Shown in pieces: positions 12,285 to 21,800 of a stretch of DNA of 64,000 nucleotides; positions within the stretch are counted from its first letter, which is position 1, and each line of letters starts with the position of its first letter. Origin of the DNA: Podarcis cretensis (taxonomy: Eukaryota); contig OX638154.1 of NCBI GenBank assembly GCA_951804945.1, positions 51,956,001 to 52,020,000 on the forward strand, in the 5' to 3' direction. The translations under genes and the position numbers were made by a program. The notes beneath the pieces were generated by a model. The model had not been told where the DNA came from and searched no databases. It was given only the letters and a program-made list of their open reading frames with translations.

Positions 12285-13987
12285 GTGAGTTAGCCTCGCC
12301 AGAGGGTGTTTTCAACACAGGAGCAGGAGCCTCAGAAGCAACGGGTAGGTAGAAAGGCCCTTGTCTGCAGGAGGATCCCAGCTCTCCCAATGTATGAGAG
12401 ATGGAATGGCTTCTTGGTACATCACTTGCCTTGGGTTTCCAATGCATGAATCTGGTTCTTTGCTGCTCTCTGTTAGCCTAGCCCAGTGTTTCTCAAACCT
12501 GGGTCTCTAGCTGTGGTTGGACTACAACTCCCATCACCCCAAGTTAGCAGAACCAGTGGTCAGGGATGATGGGAGTTGTAGTCCAACAATACCTAGAGAC
12601 CCAAGTTTGAGAAACACTGGCCTCTCCCTTTGTGGGAACCTTGTCTTGGAGGGCCGCATTGTACATAGCAGTTTTCTTACATAGGTTTCATTTTTATGTA
12701 GGCCAAAGCTTGTCCATTGCTCATGTGAACTTGCATATGTCTTCTTTGCTGCATGCATCTATAACTGTAGCTTCTCACTTGGCATGCATGTGATGAAATG
12801 GATTCCTGGGCACCTTGATCTTTTCACATAATGGTGCAATTATGGCACATATACATGGCCAGCATGTGTTTTCCAGCACAGAAGTGACACCCATGTTAGA
12901 TGGTGAAGTAGCCTCGAGACTCCAGCACAACACATTGCCTCCTCATCTCACCTTCCTTTGTAGGACAGCCCTGCTGCATTCTCTGTGCCCTTGTTTCCAT
13001 GAGGTGTGCTTTCTGAGGTGTGCCATTATCTCTTTCGTAGGAGCGGGGTTTGTGGGGTACAATCACCCTGCTATCATTGTTTGCTGGTGCAGTCATGGCA
13101 ACCCCGCAGACCTGGCACAACAACCAGACATTGGGAGCTGCCTCTGATGGAAGCATGGGCACTGCCAGCCCTGCCTCTCTGGAGGAAAACAGCAGGGAAG
13201 CATCATCACTGGGCACATGGAGCCACTGGCACGGTAGGAACCTGGCATGTCTCATGGGGAAGTGGGTGAGAGTCTGGGGTAGTGAGGATCTGAACTTTTC
13301 CCAGTTGGATCCTCACCCACACAGTGGTCCCCAGCTTCCTTTGTCTCAGGCACTGCTGTGATGCTTTGCCTCTCTTTAAATCATTTACCCACCCCCCATG
13401 TCCTTTGAAACAGGCAGTCCATTTGCAGAGCAAATGGAAATAGGTATATTTCTGCCTGTTATCTTTTGGGCAGATTGAGCCCCATGCCCTTTTCCTTGAT
13501 TCCCGGTGCCTAACATTCTCCCCATGTCCTCCTTTCTGCTCGCCCCTCTTCTTTTTTTCCTTCAGGGGGAAACGTGACCATAGACAGGCTGAGCTCTTCG
13601 GAACTGCTCAGGGCTGAGCGCTCCCCAGCCAGCTCCAGCAAGGCCAAGAAAGGATCCAAGAAAGCTGGTCGCAGCAAAAACAGCCGCTTCTGCCGCCTGC
13701 ACAGCCGCCTGGTGAAGGTGCGGGACCTTGGGCTGGGCTTTGAGTCGGAGGAGATTGTGCGGTTCAAGTACTGCAGTGGGTCGTGCCAGCGAGCCCGCAC
13801 CAACTATGACTTGGCCTTGAGTAGCCTGCTACAGCAACGCACCATCGTGCCTGGGCCTCATGACCACCCTTCCTCCCACCCCTGCTGCCGCCCCACCCGG
13901 TATGAGGACTTCTCCTTTATGAATGTGCGCAATGCCTGGCAGACTGTGGACCATGTCTCAGCAGCAGAGTGTGGCTGTGTGGGCTGA
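12195..13987 (+). CDS. ARTN: Artemin precursor (GDNF family ligand), whole CDS join(12195..12284,13041..13233,13566..13987), 705 nt, 234 aa
   Basis: 7-Cys GDNF-family cystine knot (CRLHSRLVKVRDLGLG...FKYCSGSC...HPCCRPTRYE...SAAECGCVG) closest to artemin. RAER furin site, hydrophobic signal segment, exon phases 0 then 1, and position directly upstream of IPO13 as in mammals. Confidence 0.95.
12484..12619. mobile_element. Fold-back hAT MITE in ARTN intron
   Basis: TIR CAGTGTTTCTCAAAC / GTTTGAGAAACACTG. Near-palindromic with inverted GGACTACAACTCCCATCA. TSD GCCTAGCC/GCCTCTCC (6/8). Confidence 0.85.
13041..13233 (+). CDS. ARTN: ARTN coding exon 2 (signal peptide core and prodomain)
   Basis: Acceptor tctttcgtag. 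ERGLWGTITLLSLFAGAVMA resembles human PALWPTLAALALLSSVAEA. Donor G|gtagga, phase 1. Confidence 0.88.
13566..13987 (+). CDS. ARTN: ARTN last coding exon (furin site and mature growth-factor domain)
   Basis: Long polypyrimidine tract plus cag at 13563-13565. Phase 1 joins to GGG. Ends at TGA 13985-13987. Confidence 0.96.
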
Positions 13988-15409
13988 GGGGGCTGCCTAC
14001 TCCGAGCTCGCAGTTTGTCACTGAGGCTGCAGCCATGCCTAGGGCCTTGCTCCATTGGTGGGGCATGAGACACGGAGAGACACGGTCTGTGGTGGGGCTT
14101 TCCAGGTCAGGCAGAAGCAGCACATGGACAGTAAGCAGGAGGAGAGCATGATGGCCACAGCTCGAAGGTGCCTGGGCCTTCATCTCCACATCTGTGGAAC
14201 ATTTTCATAGGGTACTTTCCTCATAGCAGCCAGATGGTGAGATGGAGGCCAGCCAAGCCTTTGAGGACTGCAAACCCACACTGGGAGGAATTCTCCCCTT
14301 TAGGGTTTGGTCCGTCAACCGTGTCGTGCATTTGCTCACCCATCAAGTTGCACCCTCCAGTGGAGAAGCAGCACTGGGATTTCCCATACCTTTACTCAAA
14401 GGATGAAGGATAGGGATGTAGCCTGAAAGACCTATGGTGCAAATGGGAAGGTTCTTGAGCATCACTCCTTGCCACTTTGTCAGGCAGTGGAAAGAATTGG
14501 CTGCTTGCTCAGGTCACCTGGCCCTGTCAATTGCAAGGCTGATGTTCTCTCCCACTTTAAGCCCCCAAACCTTTCCCTGAGCAAATTGGTTTGCTCCATC
14601 AGAGAGCAGATGTAGTTGAACACGAAGGACAGAGTCACAATGCTTAGCAGCAGCATCAGGGTCAACCTACAACTGGTGAGCTTGTGCTCTGACGGTCCAG
14701 CGATTGCTACTGCTGTCAGTCTTGTGCTGGGATGTTCGGCACAGTTGTTGAGGACTGAATGGAGCACCTTCCTGGTTTTGTACTAAGATGGTGGTAATTC
14801 TTAGAATCTTTGACCTGGTTTGGGGAGCTTCTCCTGGTGAGAACAAGCCCTTGGCAGATGGGAGGCTGCTGGCTGGACCTTGTGGAGATCAAGAAGCACA
14901 GCTGATGGAAGTCTTATGTTTCCACAGCGTAATTAAGGCATCTATTGCTATAGAAAATGGTCTTATCCTATAAAACCAATGATGGTGTTAACATCCTGGA
15001 TTGCAACATTCCCTAACACACCAGCAGCAGCTTGGAGTTTGGCCACTACAGTTGCCAGGCCAACACTGGAAGCAGCAATAGCCCCTGCCAATCGCTGAGT
15101 CAGCCATCACTTGGTGCCAGCAGGGTGGGGAACTCTCTGTCCCAGAAGTGACACTTTCTGAACAAAGTTATTTATTCTCTAACTTATTTATTTATTTGTT
15201 TGAACCCCACTCCCCACCCTACCCACCCAGTGGCACCTATTTATGATGCTGAGAGTCGGGCCTGGTGTACCATTGAAAACGGGTGCTGATGTTATGTCCC
15301 GGCCTGTGACCAGCAGTTCCTACTCCCTTTTCCCTTCTTGGCCTGATCAAAGGCATTTCCTCTTTTTCCTTTCCTGATTTTTATATTCTCTACCCTTTAT
15401 TTGCATTTG

Positions 15410-15454
15410 AATAAACTCTATTTTTGTACAGCAGCAACTTCCTGTAGCAATAAA
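15410..15454 (+). terminator. Probable ARTN polyadenylation signals (AATAAA at 15410 and 15449)
   Basis: Two AATAAA hexamers in a U-rich stretch with TGTA elements, ~1.4 kb after the stop codon. Confidence 0.6.
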
Positions 15455-15742
15455 GCCTGTTAAGGCAGTGAGAAATTGGCTTCATGTGTATCTGTGTAGG
15501 AGGGGGGGAAACAACAAATATGCAAACCAGCTTAATTCATAAATATAGTTTCTGAAGCAAGTGTGGGCGCAGACAAGCATTTGACTATGTGCCTTGTCAT
15601 CTCAAAGTTTATCACCCATGTGCCAAACCTCTTGTTTATTTATACGTGCTTGGTTGAAAGTGAGTTAAAAGGCCAGCAGATTGAACTCTGGCCAGCAGTG
15701 CCTAGGAGAATTTACTAAGAGCTGCTTCCTTTCTAGGTAAAA

Positions 15743-16103
15743 GGTAAAGGTAAAGGTACCCCTGCCCGTACGGGCCAGTCTTGACAGACTCTGGGGTTGT
15801 GCGCCCATCTCACTTAAGAGGCCGGGGGCCAGCGCTGTCCGGAGACACTTCCGGGTCACGTGGCCAGCGTGACATCGCTGCTCTGGCGAGCCAGAGCCGC
15901 ACACGGAAACGCCGTTTACCTTCCCGCTGGTAAGCGGTCCCTATTTATCTACTTGCACCCGGAGGTGCTTTCGAACTGCTAGGTTGGCAGGCGCTGGGAC
16001 CAAGCAGCGGGAGCGCACCCCGCCGCAGGGATTCGAACCGCCAACCTTTCGATCGGCATGCCCTAGGCGCTGAGGCTTTAACCCACAGCACCACCTGCGT
16101 CCC
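15743..16103 (-). mobile_element. Full-length Sauria SINE (Squam1)
   Basis: Minus strand starts GGGACGCAGGTGGTGCTGTGGGTTAAA (box A), has box B GGTTCGAATCC and an (ACCTTT)n tail. 17-bp TSD TTCCTTTCTAGGTAAAA. Confidence 0.93.
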
Positions 16104-17071
16104 TTTCCTTTCTAGGTAAAAACCTGCAAATCCTGGGAGTCCTCGCACCTCAGTTTCAGGGTAAAAAGAGGGTTTTGTGCAACAAACGTTAAGTAACTTT
16201 GTGAACAGTATTACAGACTAGTCCATCTTAACATGGCAGTTGACGTTCCTTTATTCAAAACTGAATCCGCTGACATCCAGTGTTGGTAAATGGTTGCAAG
16301 ATATTATAAAAATAAGCTCTAGAAACCTCTGAAATGCTTAGAATATGTTGTTTTATTCATTTCTAACAACAGCACAGGTGGTAAAGAATAGATTGTGCTG
16401 CTGAGCTTCTCCAATTTGAGCCAAGGTTAAGCTGGCATCTATCAACACATTCCTGAAAGGAAAAAGGGAGTTCTGTTGGAGTGACTTTTCCACACTGAAA
16501 ACAAAAATTATGAAAAGTAAGACCCCATTAAAACTAGAGACAACATTGTACAAATCACATCTCCCACACTGGTCAGAATAATCTGAGATGTTTTCAAACT
16601 TAGCAGGTAGTAAATATCAGTGGTAAGCTATTTTATTTATTAAAATATTTACAACCTGCCGTCTACACCAATCATTAAAAAGAACAAATCCAACTACCGA
16701 TCAGGATTGGATAAACAAATAATAAAGAATCTTTAAACACAAGTGATGGTAATAACAAATTAGGCACGCATAACTGCATGTACTCCAGCAGTTAGTTATG
16801 CAAACACGTTTCACACATTACTAAATCCTGGACTAGTGCCTACCACACAAGTAGCTTAAGCAGTGTTTATACTGGCGCCTGTTGTGCAGTGTTTACTTAG
16901 AAGTTAGTCCTGGTGACTTACTCTGTCGAAGAGTGTAGGAGTGCATCTGTAAAGTAGCTGCCCCTCCCCCCCCTTTCTGCCCAGGTTCATAAAGACACCT
17001 AGTTTTGTTTTTTATGTTGCTGGGACTGGTGTGGTCTTAGGGTTTGGTTGTTTGTTGTTTAAATGTTTAAG

Positions 17072-17490
17072 CAGGGCTGAGGAACCTCAGGGATGGGGGC
17101 TGATTTTAGCTCTCCAAATTCTCTTTCCCGCCCTGAGACCTCCCAGGCCACATCCTTCACTGACTGGCCTATGGGCCTATGCCTTTTAGGGGCCCCTCGA
17201 CAATGGATCAAAATAATATTGATTTGGTCTTTTAAGAAATTACAAAAAAAATGTATTAGGAGATAATTTGTGAGCCCTCCCCCAATATTTCAGTTGCCAT
17301 GGGGCCTCCACAGCGTTTAATCCAGCATTGTCACTGACCGTGCTCTGTGCCCCCTTCAGCTTTTTTATCTGACCAGAACATGTCATTGAACTGTAAAAAG
17401 TAGCCCACTATGCAAAGGTGAGTCACATCCGATGCTCTGCCTTCTTTTACACCTGACCCCACCCACCAATGCCACTTGAAAGGTTGTTTA
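17072..17490. mobile_element. Old hAT-type element containing a nested insert (17165-17330, 8-bp TSD TCACTGAC)
   Basis: Outer sequence resembles 33690-34074. TCACTGAC is directly repeated at 17157 and 17331. Confidence 0.5.
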
Positions 17491-17619
17491 CCGGGATTGG
17501 GAATGCTTGTGTAAGTTGCTTTGAGTGATTTATGGGTTACCTAAGCGTTTCCATAACATTCTATTTTATACCAGCTGCAAATTTGCTGCTGCTACGAGGT
17601 ACCTGGACCAGACTCCCTT

Positions 17620-18880
17620 ACCGGGGTGCCACTTCCAACTTCGTCCGCCCCAGTCTCGCAGAATCCCACTGCTTAGCTGAGATTCACTATTTTTTCCCCG
17701 CCACCAGGGGGTGCAGTAGGCAGAGACTCGCCACACTGCAAGAACTACAACTCCCATGAGCACCCGTCGGCCAATGTCTCGCTCGCTTCCGGAGCTGGGA
17801 ACTACAACTCCCATGATCCTTCCGCCACAAGCTTGGTCCTCAGCGGGAAGCGGCTGTTCTTGGCGCCTGACTGGAAGCGAGCGAGCGAGCTGGCAAGAGG
17901 GCTTTTGGCGAAGACAACCCGGCAGCGCGTGAGGCCCTCCCTCACTCCGCTCTCACTGGGTGCCCCACTGGGTGCCCGGCCCAACTGCCAGTCAATTAGT
18001 CCGACTGAGCGGCCAGGGAGGCGTCTCGGCGGCGGTGGCGGCGGCGGCAGCGGTTGCCGCCTCAGGCAGATAGAGCGACCCTCCTCGGGGGGCGTTGAGC
18101 GGGAGGGGCCGGGCGAGTACGAGACCGGCAGACGCCCTTCTGTCTGTCTGTGTCTGTGGCGGGTGATAGGCAGGTACCTCCTCCGCCATTAACGGCAGGA
18201 GGACAGATTCCCCGCTTCCCCAGGAAATTTGCGTCAGTTTATCAAGCCTTTTCTGTGCTCCCTCCCTCCCAATAATCCCGCTCAAGGCAGATAGTCCGTG
18301 CGCTTTACCGGGGCGGAGGCAGGTAGCTTCCATTCACTCTGAATCTTGTTTGGAACAGGCGGGATATTCTCCCCTTATTTCCCTGCTGAGAGTCCCGTCT
18401 CCCCCCACATCACCCTGTGGGGGGCAGCTAGGCATGTATCCCTCTTGCAGAGAAGCTGATAAGACATCGCGCCTTTAAAAAAGAAGAATATTGGGAAAGA
18501 ATCCGGCAGCCCCCACCCCTTTTTTAAAAAAGAAAAACCCCTCCCATTGACAGGCTGAGCACACGTAGCACTCCCCTTTCCTTCGGGCGAGACACAGGCA
18601 GAGAGAATTGCCCTTTCTCTCTCGTTTGGGGGGCGGCTCTTCTCTTCTTTCGCCCGTCCTTCCACCCCAAGATGCTGTCGCCGCCGCCGCCTACCCCCTG
18701 TAGCTGAGCCCCAGTGCAGGGCGAGGCTCAGACCGTCGGCGTGCCGGCGCCATGGAGCGCCGAGGGGAGGCTGCCGCCGCTGCCCTCCCGCAGACCCTGG
18801 ACTTCACCGTGGAGAACGTGGAGAAGGTGAGAGGTGGGGAGGAGGGGCCGCTTTAGGATACCTGTGTTGGGGTTGCGGGG
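17620..18880 (+). promoter_or_regulatory. CpG-island promoter and 5' UTR of IPO13
   Basis: CpG-rich. CTCF-like CCACCAGGGGGTGC 17701-17714, two AACTACAACTCCCATGA ZNF143/THAP11-type sites (17743, 17800), CCAAT at 17771, ETS CTTCCGG ~17786. Continues into coding exon 1. Confidence 0.85.
18752..18826 (+). CDS. IPO13: IPO13 exon 1
   Basis: gccATGg; [25 protein letters not shown]; donor AAG|gtgaga. Confidence 0.95.
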
Positions 18881-21800
18881 TGGCTTGGGTGGAAGTGCCT
18901 TATCCTGCACCCCAGTTAATTTCCGCACACTGGATTAGGAGCTTTCAATGTGCTCAGGCTTTTAGTGTACATTTGTCTCAGGCAATCCTGTCTTGAGTTC
19001 CAGTAGTTTTGTACTTCACCTATTCGGTGGGCATAGCTGCTCCCATCTTGATCTTTTTCAGGGGATTGAGAGTGCCCTTGGCATGTTATTGGTCTCTGAC
19101 ATTGGCTTCACGGTTTAATTTGCACTACTGTAGCCTCTGAATCCCATTGAATCGCACACGCACACACTCTCTCTTTGGAGTGGCAGTAATATTGGTCCTT
19201 ATGTTATAATCTGGGAACCTTTCCTCCGCTTACCTCCTTCTGAGAGCGTATCATGATGAGCCTGGGGGGGGGGGGGCTGACACTACTGCTGCTGGCTTGA
19301 GGGGGCATTTGCAGAAGTGATGATCTGCCCTGACAGCATACCCAGGGGGCATCCTGTTACTCATTGAATCATTAGCATGTCATAGTCAGAACTCATGGCA
19401 CTTTGGGCTTTCTCCTTTAGCTTCACTCCTCAGGAGATACCCTCTAGTTGTAGAAAGCAAAGTGGCCTTTAGAAACACACCTGGAAGATGAACTGTTGTC
19501 TGGTGACTGCTTTATTCTTTTGGCAGTTGTGTAATCACCTGCCTCTGTTCTCTTTTAGATGTAGGTATAAATGTTCCCTAATTCACAGGAGTCATTTAAA
19601 TGGTATTGTAATACTGGCTATGACTCCTGGCATCTCCATGTAAAAGGTTCTGATGGCAGGTGATGGGAAAGACCTCTGTCTCAGACCCTGGAGAGCTCCT
19701 TCCACTTAGAATAGTCTGTCATAGTATAAGGCAGCTTCCTATATTTACATGAATTTTGTAATGAGAGTAACCTTTTATTTTTGAGGGCCTCATTCCCTTA
19801 GCAGTTGTCTGTCGGGGACTGCATGCTGATCATGGGTGGGGCTGCCACCAGCTTTCCTTTTTCTTTTCTGCCACTCCTTACTTCTCTCTCTCTTTCTCTC
19901 CCTCTCTCCTCCTTCTCCTCCTCCTCCCTGGCCAGCAGGCTGGGGGCAGGGGGAGATCACTCTTGCCAGAGATGGCTTGCTGAAGGTTTTTAAAAATTGG
20001 TTAGCAGGTGGCCCACCTCTGCTATAGGCATACCACAACTTCACTGGCAAATATGCTAGACTAGAGTGAGTGCCACCACTTGGTTCAAGGCTAAAGAGGA
20101 TCTTACCTATGTAATTGTTCCACATTCCTTCACTGTAATGCTTTTGCAGCTATTTCTCAAAATTCTTTGTGGTGGCCTTGTGGAAGGCAGGCTGCTAATT
20201 AAAATACAATTGTGCTTCAGATTTATACTATGCATTTTTGAAAGATCAGAAACAACCATATACTGTAGACAAGTATTTTTGTTCCCATGTTGCAGATTGA
20301 ATGTTGAAGCTGATGAATAGTAGCTTATTCAAGACTATCTAGTGAGTTTATGTGTGGATTGAAGGTGGACTTCCCAATCAAAGCTCACACTCATAGTCAC
20401 TACGGTATATTGCAGTAAAACAGCTCTTTATCTCTATCCAGGTAAACTATCCCTATCTCTGGACTGTGATGTGCTGTATAATGGACATTAACAAGGAGAA
20501 GCAAGAAGAATGGATGCTGTGGTACTAGTTACTGAAAGGGCACTATATTTCTTGAGGCTCCATCTTAAGTTGTGGGGCAGTCTGTGTTACGATAATAGTG
20601 AAGATTTCACTTTGCCAAGTGATTGGTGTCTTAACTGTTGCTGCCTGTTTGTAAGAATAAAATTCTACACTTACAAGATAGAAAAGCATGAGCTTGGAGC
20701 TGTTTTTGAGAGGTTGTTAAGGAATGATACTTAGAAATATCTATGACTATGTGTTTTTGGAGATTTCACTCAAGTGTAAGTAGAACTCCAATCTGCTCCC
20801 GTTTCCCACATTGGGCATATGTATAATTCATTATAATTGATTATGATTAATATAATTTATCTTTAAATGAAAAGGAACATTTCTAGCCTCCAGGTTTTTG
20901 AAGGTGGGCTTGAAAATGTGTGAACAACATCTGATGAAATATTGAAAGCCAGGGATACCTTGTAAGTTTCCTAGGGGCCATGGAACTGGAGCTCTGTGGC
21001 CTGCATAGCTTCAAGTCTAGGAAAAGCAGAATAAGTGCACTCACTTTGAATAAGTTATACATACTGCAGGAATTTTATTTTCCTGGTTGAAACTGGGATA
21101 CTTTGGCCTGAAAGAAATTAAAAAGCAGTTTAGGGTTAGTCCTGAACAGTTTATTTTTCTCCCCTTCTGTTGAGTAAAGTTCTGCAGGATGGAAATTGTT
21201 ATTTCTGTTAAACAACACACATCTTCCATTGTGGCTTTGTAGAGTGCTCTGTTGTGGACCTGTCACTATTCAGGCAGCTTTAACCTGCCTTTGCTGCCCA
21301 TTGTATTTTCAGAAGCACTGGAGCAGCCACTCCCTATTGCACCCTGAATTCTGTCATTCTGCTCGTGTTAAATTGTCACACAGGTTCCAGGCAGCTCACT
21401 AGTAGGGATTATGACATTTAGCCCTCTTCCTAGCAAAGCCCAGATAGTGACAACTCACCAAGGTATATCTTTAGCTGGATATGGAACCTGACTTGCTTCC
21501 CTTTCTTTGTTTATTAGATCCATAGCCAGGAATGGCAGACTCCTAGTCCAAGATTTTAGGCCATGATGTTAAAAACCTCCCACTTTCATAGTGCATATGG
21601 AATAAGGGTTTGTGCCTTTCTGCAAAGTTATGTAGCAGCACTAGCTTTTGTGGCCTAATCTGTTACTGGGTAATGCTGCTTTATAATTCCCTCTGGAAGG
21701 AACGCACAGGCAGCTTCTTTGTGCGAGCTGACAATAGAGCAAATGTTGACATCAAGAAAGGTCAGTACACCCCAGGTGGTGATTAGCTCAGCAAGTGCTG

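Noticed and set aside
13566-13987. Assignment as persephin, neurturin or GDNF
   Set aside because: The CRL.S.LV.VR.LGLG, CCRPTRYE and SA..CGC.G pattern, three-coding-exon structure and adjacency to IPO13 all favour ARTN.
19250-19340. Possible C/D-box snoRNA (ATGATGA...CTGA...TGATGA...CTGA) in IPO13 intron 1
   Set aside because: The putative guide is a poly-G run, D'-C' spacing is atypical, the terminal stem is weak, and it is far from a branch point. snoScan or Infernal would be needed to revive it.
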